Made by a program: the position numbers and the translations under genes. From assembly GCA_046340555.1 (NCBI GenBank), contig JBKDSL010000168.1, positions 1-56,454 on the forward strand: a stretch of DNA of 56,454 bases. The letters run 5' to 3'. The notes under the pieces are model-generated. The model was given only the letters and a program-made list of their open reading frames with translations. It had not been told where the DNA came from and ran no database searches. Each line of letters starts with the position of its first letter. The first letter of the stretch is position 1. The stretch comes from Bacteroidota bacterium. Its GTDB lineage: Bacteria > Bacteroidota > Bacteroidia > AKYH767-A > OLB10. Below are positions 1 to 11,587 of the stretch, one piece after another.

Positions 1-2
1 TG

Positions 3-464
3 GTGAACATTCAAGGCGATGAACCCTATATCCAACCCGAACAAATAGACTTGTTGGCTTCCTGCTTCCAGCAGGAGGATTGCAAGATTGCCACATTGGT
101 TAAATTGTTGGATTTGGAGTCTGATTTACACAATCCCAATATTCCCAAGGTAGTGGTTGGTGCCGATGGAAGAGCGCTCTACTTCAGTCGACGGCCCATA
201 CCGTATTTTCCGGATGATAAAATTGCAGGTGCATTGGCCCATGGCTCATTTTATAGGCATATTGGCATATACGGTTATCGGTCAGATATCTTGCCGCTTT
301 TAGCCAAATTGGCTCCTGCGCCATTGGAGTTGGCTGAATCATTGGAGCAGCTAAGGTGGTTGTCTCATGGGTTTTCGATTCACGTGAAAACCACGACTTC
401 TGACAACCATGCTGTAGATACTCCCCAGGATGTCGTTAAGTTGGAGCGGCTGTTTGGACGCTAA
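3..464 (+). CDS. kdsB: 3-deoxy-manno-octulosonate cytidylyltransferase (CMP-Kdo synthetase), 5' end outside the window
   Basis: NIQGDEP, ALYFSRRPIP, RHIGIYGY, ESLEQLRWL and VDTPQD are KdsB motifs; the N-terminal part is missing at the window edge. Confidence 0.95.
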   Translation: MNIQGDEPYIQPEQIDLLASCFQQEDCKIATLVKLLDLESDLHNPNIPKVVVGADGRALYFSRRPIPYFPDDKIAGALAHGSFYRHIGIYGYRSDILPLLAKLAPAPLELAESLEQLRWLSHGFSIHVKTTTSDNHAVDTPQDVVKLERLFGR

Positions 465-535
465 ACCGCTTTTTACAATAAGCTGAAAATAAGAATATTA
501 ACATATTCTTTGACGCAGTTTGGCTGAAAAATGAC

Positions 536-543
536 TATCTTAG
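536..543 (+). promoter_or_regulatory. Bacteroidota -7-like promoter element TATCTTAG, 4 nt before ATG 548
   Basis: One mismatch to the TAnnTTTG consensus, directly upstream of the SPOR gene start. Confidence 0.45.
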
Positions 544-547
544 AGGC

Positions 548-1687
548 ATGTTGCGGCAATCTTTCGATTTAGACATCCATATTCGTGATTTGCTATACGA
601 CCACGATTGCGTGATTGTAATGGGTCTGGGTGGTTTTATCGCCCACTACCATCCTGCAACTATCAACGAATCATTGCGTTTTATCACCCCGCCATCCAAA
701 CGTATCGCATTCAACGCGGCACTTCGGAGCAATGATGGATTGTTGGCTCATCATATTTCTTACAAAGAGAAATTGAGCTATGCGCAGGCATGTGCGGCAG
801 TCACCGAATATGCTGAATCAATAAAAGCGGAATTGGACCGTGGAGGAAAGCATAAAATCGAAAAGGTGGGTGTGTTATTCAGCGATAACAATGGAAACAC
901 ACAGTTTCTACCCGATACTTCCACGAATTTCTTGCCTGATTCATTTGGTTTGCCAATTGTTCAAGCTGTTCCAATCGCAGCTTCTGAAGATTTGGGTCAA
1001 ACTGGAACCGAAACAAATGATCCTGCCATAATTGAATTCGGATCATCAGAGACCGAAACTTCCGGCAAACCCGTTAAGCGTCTTCGCATCATGGAGATGA
1101 TACCGGCGGCGGCGGTATTGGCTTTGTTGGTTATGGCACCCCCGATGCTCGACAGATTCAATGCCCACATGGGGTCATTGGTCCCTTTTACCAGGATTGA
1201 TGAGGTTGTGTCAGGTGAACATGTGGTGATTCCTCCTATGCCACAGATTGAAATCATGCAGCCTGAACCTGCATCTGAAATGGTTGTGGAACCCCCTCTA
1301 GACACAGCTGTTCAAACGGTAGTTACAGATCCAGAAGTTGAAACTCCGATTGTAGACTCCACAATCAATCCAATATCGATTTCTTCTGCCATGCCATCTG
1401 CTTCCAGTTCCGTTCTCGAAAAGGGGAGTCAAGAGGCCAGTATAAATGCGTCATCCAAAATCAGCTACCACGTAATCGTAGGTAGTTATAAGAATCGCCA
1501 AAATGCGAAGCGAATGGTTAAGGAATTAAGCATTGCAGGAGTGGATGCGGAGATAATCCGCCGTCGTGATGGCAACTACTTGGTTACCGTGTTCACGGCA
1601 GCCTCCGAAAAAGCGGCCGAAAACGAATTGCCTGCTTTCAGGACTGCCATTGTGGCCTCTGCATGGGTGTTTGAATCCGCTGAATAA
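548..1687 (+). CDS. SPOR-domain protein with N-terminal HU/CCDC81-like domains
   Basis: N-terminal HDCVIVMGLGGF..PPSKRIAFN..NDGLL; central hydrophobic segment; low-complexity linker; C-terminal YHVIVGSYKNRQNA SPOR motif. Confidence 0.85.
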   Translation: MLRQSFDLDIHIRDLLYDHDCVIVMGLGGFIAHYHPATINESLRFITPPSKRIAFNAALRSNDGLLAHHISYKEKLSYAQACAAVTEYAESIKAELDRGGKHKIEKVGVLFSDNNGNTQFLPDTSTNFLPDSFGLPIVQAVPIAASEDLGQTGTETNDPAIIEFGSSETETSGKPVKRLRIMEMIPAAAVLALLVMAPPMLDRFNAHMGSLVPFTRIDEVVSGEHVVIPPMPQIEIMQPEPASEMVVEPPLDTAVQTVVTDPEVETPIVDSTINPISISSAMPSASSSVLEKGSQEASINASSKISYHVIVGSYKNRQNAKRMVKELSIAGVDAEIIRRRDGNYLVTVFTAASEKAAENELPAFRTAIVASAWVFESAE

Positions 1688-1746
1688 TAGGCTTTTCTAG
1701 ATTTCACCTATCTGTTTTTCTTGTCGATCGCAAGGGGCTTTTTCCG

Positions 1747-1754
1747 TAACTTTG
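1747..1754 (+). promoter_or_regulatory. -7 promoter element TAACTTTG upstream of secA
   Basis: Exact TAnnTTTG match 45 nt before the secA ATG, with TTG at 1721 as a possible -33 element. Confidence 0.65.
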
Positions 1755-1799
1755 TCGCTCTAAAATTGGGGTTATTCGCCCTCTATAAAACATACCATC

Positions 1800-4700
1800 A
1801 TGCTTGAATTCGTCAACAAGATCCTATCCTCGATCTTTGGCAATAAGGCTGCCTCCGATATGAAGACTTTGCTGCCACTGGTAGACAAGGTCAAGGCTGC
1901 TGAACAGACAGTGTCTGCTTTGGATAACGACAGTTTACGTTCCATGACCATGGATTTCCGTAACCGCATAAAGGAGCATATCCAGGAAGCATCCCAAGAA
2001 ATCGCTTCGCTGAATGCATCTATTGAGTCGGATCCAGATATGCCCATCTCCAAGAAGGAGGATCTCTATCGGAAGATCGATGAGTTGAAAAAAGGGGAAA
2101 ACCGTCTCATTGAGGAAATGCTGATGGAGATTCTTCCTGAGGCATTTGCGGTTGTACGGGAAACAGGTCGTAGGTTGACCGCTTCCTCAGAGATCAAAGT
2201 ATTGGCCACGGAGCATGACAGAATGCTGGCTGTTTCCAAAAAGCATGTACGGATTGAAGGCGACCATGCTTTTTACTCAAACACATGGATTGCTGCAGGC
2301 AACCAGGTAACTTGGAACATGGTGCATTACGATGTTCAGCTTATCGGTGGAGCTGTTTTACACCAAGGAAAGATTGCTGAGATGGCAACAGGTGAAGGAA
2401 AGACTTTGGTGGCCACCTTGCCCATATATCTTAACGCACTCGCAGGTAAAGGCGTGCATGTAGTAACCGTGAACGATTATCTAGCCAAGCGTGACTCTGA
2501 ATGGAACGGTCCTGTTTTTGAGTTTCTAGGTTTGACAATCGACTGCATCGATAAGCATCAGCCCAATTCCGACCAACGTCGCAATGCTTATCTCGCCGAT
2601 ATCACATACGGTACCAATAACGAATTCGGTTTCGATTACTTGCGTGATAACATGGCTCGCACACCTGAAGACATGGTGCAGCGAGGCCATCATTTTGCCA
2701 TCGTCGACGAGGTTGACTCGGTTCTTGTTGATGATGCCAGAACACCCCTCATCATTTCAGGTCCTACACCCAGAGGTGACAGCCATGAGTTTTTCGCACT
2801 CAAGCCTAGGATCGAAAAACTGGTAAGCACTCAACGGGCGTTTATCAATACCGCCATTACCGATGCGAAAAAGAAAATTTCAGAAGGGAAAGACGATGAT
2901 GCGGGATTGCCTTTGCTGCGCGCCTACCGTGGACTTCCCAAAAACAAAGCCTTAATAAAATTCCTGAGTGAAACCGGAGTACGTGCCCTATTGCAGAAGA
3001 CCGAAAACCACTACATGCAAGACCAGCAGCGCGAAATGCACAAAGTGGATGCTGAGCTGTATTTCGTGATTGATGAAAAGAACAACTCCATCGAGCTTAC
3101 CGAAAAGGGTATTGACCTGATTACAACATCAGGTGAGGATTCCGGCTTTTTCGTGATGCCTGATGTGGGAAGTGTGATTGCTGAAATAGAGCGTTCCACC
3201 AGTCCCGACAAGGAAAAGGCTGAACGCAAAGATGCACTCATGAGGGATTTCGCGATGAAGTCTGAACGTATTCATACGGTAAATCAACTTCTGCGCGCAT
3301 ACACATTGTACGAGAACGATGTGGAATATATCATTGATAATGGTAAGATCAAAATAGTTGACGAGCAAACCGGACGTGTCTTGGAAGGAAGACGATATTC
3401 TGACGGATTGCACCAAGCGATCGAGGCAAAAGAGAATGTGAAGATTGAAGCAGCCACCCAGACCTACGCTACCGTTACGCTCCAGAATTACTTCAGGATG
3501 TATCATAAACTAGCCGGTATGACGGGAACTGCCGAGACTGAAGCTGGCGAACTCTGGCAGATATACAAGCTGGATGTAGTGGTGATCCCCACTCACCGGA
3601 AAATAGTGCGCGATGATCGTGAGGATTTGGTATACAAGACCAACCGTGAAAAATACAATGCTGTAATTGATGAAATTGCCGCACTTACCAAAGCCGGCAG
3701 GCCGGTGCTGGTAGGAACCACTTCCGTGGAGATTTCCGAATTGTTGAGTCGAATGCTAAAGCTTCGTCAAATCAAACACAATGTACTCAACGCGAAACTT
3801 CATCAGCGCGAAGCTGAGATCGTAGCAGAGGCAGGGCAATCCGGTACCGTAACCATTGCAACCAATATGGCGGGGCGCGGTACGGATATTAAACTCGGTA
3901 CAGGTGTTAAAGAGGCCGGCGGATTGGCCATCATTGGTACAGAGCGCCACGAGTCCCGTCGTGTCGATCGTCAGTTGCGTGGTCGTTCGGGTCGACAAGG
4001 AGATCCAGGATCTTCGCAGTTCTTTGTTTCGCTGGAAGATAACCTTATGCGATTGTTCGGCTCGGAGCGTATTGCCCGTTTGATGGACCGCATGGGACAT
4101 GAAGAGGGTGAAATGATTCAACACAGCATGATATCGCGTTCGATAGAGCGTGCTCAGAAGAAGGTTGAGGAAAACAACTTCGGAATCCGCAAAAGATTGT
4201 TGGAGTATGATGATGTAATGAACTCGCAACGTGAAGTGATTTACAAAAAGCGTAGACACGCACTCTTCGGCGAGAGGCTTGCATTGGATCTGGATACCAT
4301 GCGATATGACACTGCCGAATCAGTTGCTGCTGCTTTCGCAGATAACCGCGACTACGAAGAGTTCAAAATGGAGTTGATACGATTGTTCTCGATGGAGCCT
4401 CCCGTTGATCAGCAGGAATTCATGCGGATTAAACAAGAGGATCTAGCCGATAAAATATACACGTCCGCCACATCGGTTTATGAATACAAGAGAGGACTGA
4501 TTGCCGAGAAGGCTTTTCCTGTTATCAAGGACGTATACGAAAAGCAAGGCACGGTTATCGAAAACATCATCGTGCCTTTTGCTGATGGTATCCGCCAGGT
4601 TCAGGTGGTCGTGAATTTGAAGAAAGCTTTCGATTCGCAGGCATTCGAAATAGTTTCGGCTTTTGAACGTACCATTTCTTTGGCTCTGATTGACGACGCA

Positions 4701-5132
4701 TGGAAAGAGCACCTTCGTGAAATGGATGAATTGAAGACATCTGTTCAGAATGCAGTATACGAACAAAAGGATCCGTTGCTCATTTACAAGTTCGAGTCGT
4801 TCGAGTTGTTCAAGAAAATGGTGGACGCCGTTAACCGCGATGTGTTGTCATTCCTGTTCAAAGGATTCATTGCCGCCCAGGATTCTGGTTCCGTCAAGGA
4901 AGCCCGCCCGCCCCAGCGCACCGACCATTCCAAATTGAAAGCCTCGCATGATTCGGCACCCACTTCGGGTACACCAACTTCCGGTGGTGGAGCAGCACCC
5001 CAACCCCAACCTCAGCAAGCTCCTCGTACACAGGCACCTGTTCGGGCCGAACCCAAAGTGGGTCGGAACGATCCATGTCCATGCGGTTCTGGAAAGAAAT
5101 TCAAGAGCTGTCACGGCGTGGGAATGGAATAA
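1800..5132 (+). CDS. secA: Preprotein translocase subunit SecA
   Basis: [41 protein letters not shown], and C-terminal SEC-C motif [18 protein letters not shown]. Confidence 0.99.
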   Translation: MLEFVNKILSSIFGNKAASDMKTLLPLVDKVKAAEQTVSALDNDSLRSMTMDFRNRIKEHIQEASQEIASLNASIESDPDMPISKKEDLYRKIDELKKGENRLIEEMLMEILPEAFAVVRETGRRLTASSEIKVLATEHDRMLAVSKKHVRIEGDHAFYSNTWIAAGNQVTWNMVHYDVQLIGGAVLHQGKIAEMATGEGKTLVATLPIYLNALAGKGVHVVTVNDYLAKRDSEWNGPVFEFLGLTIDCIDKHQPNSDQRRNAYLADITYGTNNEFGFDYLRDNMARTPEDMVQRGHHFAIVDEVDSVLVDDARTPLIISGPTPRGDSHEFFALKPRIEKLVSTQRAFINTAITDAKKKISEGKDDDAGLPLLRAYRGLPKNKALIKFLSETGVRALLQKTENHYMQDQQREMHKVDAELYFVIDEKNNSIELTEKGIDLITTSGEDSGFFVMPDVGSVIAEIERSTSPDKEKAERKDALMRDFAMKSERIHTVNQLLRAYTLYENDVEYIIDNGKIKIVDEQTGRVLEGRRYSDGLHQAIEAKENVKIEAATQTYATVTLQNYFRMYHKLAGMTGTAETEAGELWQIYKLDVVVIPTHRKIVRDDREDLVYKTNREKYNAVIDEIAALTKAGRPVLVGTTSVEISELLSRMLKLRQIKHNVLNAKLHQREAEIVAEAGQSGTVTIATNMAGRGTDIKLGTGVKEAGGLAIIGTERHESRRVDRQLRGRSGRQGDPGSSQFFVSLEDNLMRLFGSERIARLMDRMGHEEGEMIQHSMISRSIERAQKKVEENNFGIRKRLLEYDDVMNSQREVIYKKRRHALFGERLALDLDTMRYDTAESVAAAFADNRDYEEFKMELIRLFSMEPPVDQQEFMRIKQEDLADKIYTSATSVYEYKRGLIAEKAFPVIKDVYEKQGTVIENIIVPFADGIRQVQVVVNLKKAFDSQAFEIVSAFERTISLALIDDAWKEHLREMDELKTSVQNAVYEQKDPLLIYKFESFELFKKMVDAVNRDVLSFLFKGFIAAQDSGSVKEARPPQRTDHSKLKASHDSAPTSGTPTSGGGAAPQPQPQQAPRTQAPVRAEPKVGRNDPCPCGSGKKFKSCHGVGME

Positions 5133-5201
5133 CACAGGCAGGCCGAGAAGGGCCATCAGAAACAATTTCTGTTTCCAAGTTGTTACTTGGTTGACTTAGT
5201 C

Positions 5202-5831
5202 ATGTTACTATCCAAAACCGCCAAAACCGTAATCATCATATTCATGTTACTTACCGCATCTTTCATGTTAGGAATATTCAATTTCTTTTTTGGTCCCAAA
5301 GGCGGTCAAATGGAATCTTATCAGCAAAACAAAATGCAAAACACTGAAAAAACCATCTACCAGTTTACAATGAATGACATCGACGGAAAGTCCGTTTCAT
5401 TGTCGGCTTACAAAGGCAAAGTGGTCATCATTGTAAATGTTGCTAGTAAATGCGGGCTCACACCGCAGTACAAGGAGTTGCAAGCATTTTATGATTCATA
5501 CAAGAATAAGGGTGTGGTAATATTGGGATTTCCTGCTAACAATTTCATGGGACAAGAACCAGGTTCTGATTCAGAAATCAAGTCCTTTTGTGAGAAGAAT
5601 TACGGAGTTACGTTTCCTGTATTCTCAAAGATTTCTGTGAAGGGAAATGATAAGGCGCCACTCTATCAGTTCTTGACCTCCAAAGTGCAGAACGGAGTGA
5701 TGGACACCGATGTGAAATGGAATTTCCAAAAGTATTTGATTGATAAGGAAGGTAGGATGGTCACATTTTTTGATCCACGCACCGAAATCAACAGCGATGA
5801 ATTTGTAAAAGCGGTAGAATCGCTTCTATGA
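5202..5831 (+). CDS. Glutathione peroxidase family protein (Cys-type); start codon uncertain
   Basis: NVASKCGLT, LGFPANNF..QEPG and KWNFQKYLID motifs; hydrophobic N-terminal extension. Confidence 0.93.
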   Translation: MLLSKTAKTVIIIFMLLTASFMLGIFNFFFGPKGGQMESYQQNKMQNTEKTIYQFTMNDIDGKSVSLSAYKGKVVIIVNVASKCGLTPQYKELQAFYDSYKNKGVVILGFPANNFMGQEPGSDSEIKSFCEKNYGVTFPVFSKISVKGNDKAPLYQFLTSKVQNGVMDTDVKWNFQKYLIDKEGRMVTFFDPRTEINSDEFVKAVESLL

Positions 5832-5868
5832 TTTTGGGATAAGGATTCTAATCTCTTCAGCTGTTTCA

Positions 5869-5876
5869 TATCTTTG
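5869..5876 (+). promoter_or_regulatory. -7 promoter element TATCTTTG
   Basis: Exact TAnnTTTG match 21 nt upstream of ATG 5898. Confidence 0.6.
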
Positions 5877-5897
5877 TTCGGAAGTTAAATTCCGAAT

Positions 5898-8828
5898 ATG
5901 AATCGCATAATCCTCATTGCCCTCCTGAGTTTCTTATTGATTTCTTTTGTTTCCAAAGCACAAACACCTGTCTTGAAGTGGAAATCAACCTTTGACGGAA
6001 AATCCTATGTGGAGGACCGCGGAGTCGCCATACGTTTTGATTCACAAGGAAACACCGTCGCTTGCGGTTATGAGGAGAATGGTTGCACTCAGATAGACAT
6101 CTGCGTGACCAAGTATGGGCCTTTCGGCGACACTTTATGGCATGCGTCTTATGATGGCTTCAACACATACGGTCAAGATGACTTTCCATTGGACATGGAA
6201 GTGGATGGCGCAGGTAATATCTACATCACTGGCAAGACTGAAATAAACAATTTTGATTACGCAGTCACTTTGAAATACAATGCTGCCGGCACGTTGCTTT
6301 GGAGTAATAAATATTCAACAGCGGAATCAACAGGTAATCGTTTGGCGTTGGATGGACAGGGCAATGTCATCATGTGTGGTTTTAGGAAATTATCTTCCAA
6401 TAAGGATTACCTGGTCGTGAAGTACAATGCTACGGGTGCCGAACAATGGGCGCGGTTTTACTCCAACGGAAATCACGACGAGGCAATGGATGTGGAGTGC
6501 GATGCTTCAGGAAACATTTATGTTACGGGTCGACGTTCTGGAGTCAATGCATTCTATGATTGGGCTACCGTCAAATATGACAACAATGGCACACAGCTTT
6601 GGGCCGATGTGTATGCCAACGCTACTTCTTTCGCCTACTCGGAAGAACCGGTGGACTTGGAAATTGATGCCAGCGGAGATATCGTTGTTGCAGGCGCTGC
6701 TCCATTCCTATCCGCATCGAACCGCGACTATTATGTCATTAAATACAATCCCTCCGGCTCCAGGTTATGGGAGGCTCCATTTGCAAATGCCAATCCCAAC
6801 AGCGACGAATATCCTGTGGATATGGCCTTGGACTCGCTTGGTAACGTTTATTTGATAGGTAACAGCGTGGGTAACGGCACGGGGCAGGATGTTGTGACCG
6901 TGAAGTTCAATGCTAGTGGTCAATTCCAGTGGCAAGCACGTTTGGATAGCATATCGCAAACCGATTATGCCAGAAGCATTGTTTACGATAATCTAAACAA
7001 TTCCATAATTGTTGCTGGCGATCTTACCGTATCAATTTCCGGTTTTTTGAAACGTGATTGGGTTGTGGCACGGTACGATTTGAACGGTGCGCTATTGAAC
7101 AAAAGAATTCTTGATGGCCCTGCCAGCGATTTTGATTTGCCCGCCGACATGGTGGTAGATGCCAATGGCATATTAGGTTTAACCGGTATGTATTCCATTC
7201 ATGCGGGTGGGTATCTCAATGGTGACCAGGTTACGGTTAAAATAGACGGTTCTTTGGCTACAGATTGGCTGCGATATTCGAATGGCAACAGTTTTACCGA
7301 TGACCAGGTTGCTGATTTGTATGTAGACGCTGCTGGTAATTCATACGTAACCGGTTTCACCAAAGGTGGCGATAACACCCTAGAGGATTTAGCGGTTGTG
7401 AAATTCGATTCGCAAGGCGCAAAAAAATGGTCATATGTATATCAGGGATTGGTGGAGAAAAGTTCCGACAAGGGGATTGCCATTACAGTAGATGCCAACC
7501 AAGTGGTTTACGTGACCGGAACCGTAGATACCTCTGGAGGTACCTCGTATCGTGACATATACACGGCAGCGCTTGACTCGAATGGCAATTTGCTTTGGGA
7601 TAAGATTTATGCGGGAAATGCAGGCGGTGCTGATTATCCTGTAGCCATATCATTGAACGGGCAGGGAGGTGTTTACGTTGCGGGCACCACAATCAATCCC
7701 GCTACAGGCTTGGATGCTACCATTGTTTCGTATGACAACAATGGAAATCAGCAGTGGGCTACATCGTTCGATGGGGGAGGTCAAGCCGACGTTTTCAATT
7801 GTATGACGGTTGATGGATCTGGAAATGCATATGCAGCTGGACTTTTTGTCCCTTCCAATGGCGCATTGAGTGACGGACTATTAGTGAAATTTGATCCTGC
7901 AGGCACTATCAGTTGGGATACTACTTATGATTTCAGTAGTTCATCAACGAGCGATCGGGATTTCTTCAACTCGATCACTATGGATCTAACAGGTAATGTG
8001 GTAGTGGCAGGGCAGAGTAACACCAACTTTGTAACCATCCAATACGATGCCAATGGCAATCCGAATTGGATTCAGAATTACAGTCACAGTGCCAATCCTG
8101 ATTCAGCCACGGTGGTTATGGTGGATTCCTCAAACAACATTCTGGTTGGCGGAACCTTTGGCCAATTCATCGAAGCCGATTTCGGAATCGTGAAGTACCG
8201 TAATGATGGAACCTTGATTTGGGATAGAAGGTATGCGAATACTGCAGGCTCGGATGACATATTGAAGGACATGGCGATTGATTCCATAGGGAATGTTTAT
8301 GTTACGGGCTGGGAAACCGCCAACTTCTCAACCAACTATAACTTCATGACAGTCTCTTACGACTCTTCAGGTGTTTTTCGATATGAGCTGATTTGGTCGG
8401 AACCTGTTGGTGTCGGGCCCGATTATGGCAAAAAAATAAGTCTGGATGCCAACGGCAACATTTACATTGCAGGTGATGCGACTGACAATTGTGACGGCAA
8501 CGCTTTTGTCAATGGTTTTCGGTGGGATTTTCAAGTTAACAAGTATGGACCAAATTCCTCAGTAGGTTTTAATGAGCCAACCGAATCGAGTCCGACGCTG
8601 ATAATAATGCCGAACCCGTCAAATGGATTGGCTCGTGTTCAATGGGAAAACGAAACCCAATCCAAGGCTGTAATTCGAGTAGTGGATGCTGCTGGTCGCC
8701 GAATTCATGAATCAGAAACCAATGATGAATTCTTGCTGCTTAATACCGGTTATTGGTCAAAGGGTACTTATATCGTAAGTGTTTTCAAAGATGATGTGAT
8801 TCATCACGATCGCTTGGTTGTTTATTGA
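5898..8828 (+). CDS. Secreted beta-propeller (SBBP-like repeat) protein with T9SS type A C-terminal sorting domain
   Basis: Signal peptide; many DxxGNxYxTG...KYxxxGxxxW repeats; C-terminal MPNPSNG...GTYIVSV...RLVVY sorting domain. Confidence 0.85.
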   Translation: MNRIILIALLSFLLISFVSKAQTPVLKWKSTFDGKSYVEDRGVAIRFDSQGNTVACGYEENGCTQIDICVTKYGPFGDTLWHASYDGFNTYGQDDFPLDMEVDGAGNIYITGKTEINNFDYAVTLKYNAAGTLLWSNKYSTAESTGNRLALDGQGNVIMCGFRKLSSNKDYLVVKYNATGAEQWARFYSNGNHDEAMDVECDASGNIYVTGRRSGVNAFYDWATVKYDNNGTQLWADVYANATSFAYSEEPVDLEIDASGDIVVAGAAPFLSASNRDYYVIKYNPSGSRLWEAPFANANPNSDEYPVDMALDSLGNVYLIGNSVGNGTGQDVVTVKFNASGQFQWQARLDSISQTDYARSIVYDNLNNSIIVAGDLTVSISGFLKRDWVVARYDLNGALLNKRILDGPASDFDLPADMVVDANGILGLTGMYSIHAGGYLNGDQVTVKIDGSLATDWLRYSNGNSFTDDQVADLYVDAAGNSYVTGFTKGGDNTLEDLAVVKFDSQGAKKWSYVYQGLVEKSSDKGIAITVDANQVVYVTGTVDTSGGTSYRDIYTAALDSNGNLLWDKIYAGNAGGADYPVAISLNGQGGVYVAGTTINPATGLDATIVSYDNNGNQQWATSFDGGGQADVFNCMTVDGSGNAYAAGLFVPSNGALSDGLLVKFDPAGTISWDTTYDFSSSSTSDRDFFNSITMDLTGNVVVAGQSNTNFVTIQYDANGNPNWIQNYSHSANPDSATVVMVDSSNNILVGGTFGQFIEADFGIVKYRNDGTLIWDRRYANTAGSDDILKDMAIDSIGNVYVTGWETANFSTNYNFMTVSYDSSGVFRYELIWSEPVGVGPDYGKKISLDANGNIYIAGDATDNCDGNAFVNGFRWDFQVNKYGPNSSVGFNEPTESSPTLIIMPNPSNGLARVQWENETQSKAVIRVVDAAGRRIHESETNDEFLLLNTGYWSKGTYIVSVFKDDVIHHDRLVVY

Positions 8829-8835
8829 TGGCTGG

Positions 8836-10374
8836 TCACCCTGACCAGCTCTCCCTGTCGAGGCTTCTGTACTGGATGGCTTCAGCAATATGTTCAGGAT
8901 TTATTTTTTCGCTTTCATCAAGGTCAGCAATAGTCCTTGCAACGCGAAGTATCCTGTCATAAGCCCTGGCCGACAAACCGATTTTATCAACTGCGCTGCG
9001 TAGCAAACCGGCACATTCTGCATTGAGTTTGCAAACTTCGCGTAACTGCCGTGCGCTCATTTGAGCATTCGCATAAACTCCTGGTTTTCCTTTGACGCGA
9101 TGGGCTTGTATTTTTCTTGCTCGCAATCCCCTCTCGCGAACCATGTTGCTGTTTTCTGCATGGCGTTCTTTGGAGAGCTCAGAAAAGGAAACCGGTGTCA
9201 CCTCCACATGTAAGTCAATTCGGTCAAGTAACGGACCCGAAATTCGGTTCAAGTAACGTTGCACAATACCGGGGCCGCAAACGCATTCTTTTTCGGGATG
9301 GTTGTGGAATCCGCATGGACATGGATTCATGCTTGCCACCAGCATGAAACTAGCCGGGAAGTCGACTGAAAGGCGGGCTCGTGATATGGTTACTTTACGT
9401 TCCTCCAACGGTTGTCTCATCACCTCCAAAACGGTTCGTTTAAACTCGGGAAGTTCATCCAGGAACAGCACCCCGTTGTGTGCCAATGAGATTTCACCGG
9501 GTTGAGGGTGCCCACCGCCGCCAACTAAGGCTACATCCGAGATAGTATGGTGTGGAGATCTGAAAGGTCTTGCACTAACCAACGAACCATTGCGTGCAAC
9601 TTTTCCAGCCACTGAATGGATCTTGGTGGTTTCAAGTGCTTCTTCAACACTCATAGGAGGTAGGATGGTGGGAAGCCTTCGAGCCAGCATGGTTTTTCCG
9701 GCACCAGGTGGGCCAATCAAAATCACATTATGTCCGCCCGCGGCTGCAATCTCAAGTGCGCGTTTGATGTTTTCTTGCCCCTTGACATCGCTGAAATCCA
9801 AATCGGATTTATCCTGTATATCTTCAAATTCGCGGACTATATCTACAACAGTCGGTTGTAATTGATTTTCTTTTTTAAAAAAACCAATCACTTCGTTGAT
9901 GCTATCTACTCCGTAAACATCAATTCCTGAAACTATGGCTGCCTCTCGAGCATTTTCTTTTGGCAGGAAGAATCCTTTGAAGCCCTCATCTCGTGCTTTC
10001 AATGCAATGGGTAAGGCTCCTTTTATAGGAAGCACTCTTCCATCAAGGGAAAGCTCGCCCATGATAACATATTCATTTAGTCCATCTGATGGCACCTGCT
10101 CGGAGGCGGCCAATACGCCCATGGCAATAGTCATATCATAAGCGCTGCCCTCCTTGCGGATATCGGCCGGGGCCATGTTTACGGTTATTTTTTTTCCTGG
10201 CATGCGATACCCCGTATTCTTGAAGGCAGCGGCTAATCGCTGTTGGGACTCCTTTACGGCATTGTCGGGCAAGCCAACAAGGAAGAACTTTGTGCCGATA
10301 TCGCAATTCACTTCTACGGTGATGGTGGTAGCATCGATGCCGTAAACGGCGCTACCGAAGGTTTTGATGAGCAT
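8836..10374 (-). CDS. comM: YifB/ComM family Mg-chelatase-like AAA+ ATPase
   Basis: VGLPDNAVKES, GPPGAGKT, RPFRSPHH, GEISLAHNGVLFLDE, NPCPCG and SGPLLDRID motifs. Confidence 0.95.
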   Translation of the reverse strand: MLIKTFGSAVYGIDATTITVEVNCDIGTKFFLVGLPDNAVKESQQRLAAAFKNTGYRMPGKKITVNMAPADIRKEGSAYDMTIAMGVLAASEQVPSDGLNEYVIMGELSLDGRVLPIKGALPIALKARDEGFKGFFLPKENAREAAIVSGIDVYGVDSINEVIGFFKKENQLQPTVVDIVREFEDIQDKSDLDFSDVKGQENIKRALEIAAAGGHNVILIGPPGAGKTMLARRLPTILPPMSVEEALETTKIHSVAGKVARNGSLVSARPFRSPHHTISDVALVGGGGHPQPGEISLAHNGVLFLDELPEFKRTVLEVMRQPLEERKVTISRARLSVDFPASFMLVASMNPCPCGFHNHPEKECVCGPGIVQRYLNRISGPLLDRIDLHVEVTPVSFSELSKERHAENSNMVRERGLRARKIQAHRVKGKPGVYANAQMSARQLREVCKLNAECAGLLRSAVDKIGLSARAYDRILRVARTIADLDESEKINPEHIAEAIQYRSLDRESWSG

Positions 10375-10614
10375 TTAGAAAAGTGCCTAAGGGTTTTGGC
10401 AAGAAAATTGCAAAGGATTATAGTCGGCTTTGATTTAATTGTAATCCAATAATTAGCAAGTAAATCATTTTGGTACTCATGAATGTAAAAAATATTGTCG
10501 TTTGCAAAATTAATGGCGATTTAAACTTCGCGGATACTTTTTCGTCAAATTAAACGTTTAATTTAGATGACCCTTACACAATAAACTAATTACCAACTAT
10601 AAAGTCCTAATAAA

Positions 10615-11562
10615 ATGAAACCATCAAAATCCTATCTGCTACTGATTTCCCTGGCTCTATTTGCCAGCTCATGCCGCAAAGAAGAAGATCGTGAACTACC
10701 TGTTCCCGACTCTCAGTTCGTTCAGAACAACGCTGATAACCGATTCCAACAGGATGAGTCAGACCAAGCTGATAACGACATCAACGACGCACTGAAAGAC
10801 ATCCCAGGCTTTGGTAAAACAGCTGGGGTAACATCTGTCAGTCCACTTTGTGGAGTCACCATCGACTCATCGCAAATAGCCCAGAAAATACTTTTCTTCA
10901 ACTTTGATGGCATTACGCCTTGTTTCAGTCCGTCCCGTACCCGTGCTGGTCAAATCAAAGTACAGCTCACCTCCGGTGTCAATTGGAGTGCGGCAAATGC
11001 GGTCCTGACATTAACATACACAAATTTCAAAGTCACACGATTGTCTGATAATAAATGGGTGATGTTTAATGGTGTGAAGACAATTACCAATGTGAACGGA
11101 CATAATTGGCTCGGCTTTGTTACTGGCTCAAGTTCTCACGTGTATCGTTCAAGAGCCTATAATGTGGATGTTGATTTCAATAATGGTGCATCCGCGGAAT
11201 GGAATAGCGCTCGACTCACCACTTGGAGCTATTCACCAACATCACCTTTAGGACCTTTACTGAATTTCCAATGTACTGGGGATACTACGATAAACGGTAA
11301 GTCTAATGTTGACATGTGGGGTGTAAATCGTTTTGGAAACAATTTCACATCGTACTACACGGGCCCTTGGCAATCGAATTCTTATTGCGGGTTTTGGCGT
11401 CCTATTTCAGGAACCATCAAGCATGAAGTAAATGGAGGTGTATTCCAACTGGATCTTGGAGTAGATCAGTCTGGAAATGCTTCTACACTTAATTGCGCTT
11501 ATGGCTACAAGGTTACTTGGACGAACAACGGCAATACATACACCCGCGTGTTTTCTTATTGA
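10615..11562 (+). CDS. Hypothetical lipoprotein, probably surface-exposed and beta-rich
   Basis: Lipobox LFASSC followed by RKEED, which resembles the Bacteroidota lipoprotein export signal. Confidence 0.7.
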   Translation: MKPSKSYLLLISLALFASSCRKEEDRELPVPDSQFVQNNADNRFQQDESDQADNDINDALKDIPGFGKTAGVTSVSPLCGVTIDSSQIAQKILFFNFDGITPCFSPSRTRAGQIKVQLTSGVNWSAANAVLTLTYTNFKVTRLSDNKWVMFNGVKTITNVNGHNWLGFVTGSSSHVYRSRAYNVDVDFNNGASAEWNSARLTTWSYSPTSPLGPLLNFQCTGDTTINGKSNVDMWGVNRFGNNFTSYYTGPWQSNSYCGFWRPISGTIKHEVNGGVFQLDLGVDQSGNASTLNCAYGYKVTWTNNGNTYTRVFSY

Positions 11563-11587
11563 TGAAAAATAGTTGTTGGTTTAGATT

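Noticed and set aside
5202-5831. Selenocysteine recoding in the glutathione peroxidase
   Set aside because: The active-site codon is TGC (Cys) in NVASKCG; there is no in-frame TGA
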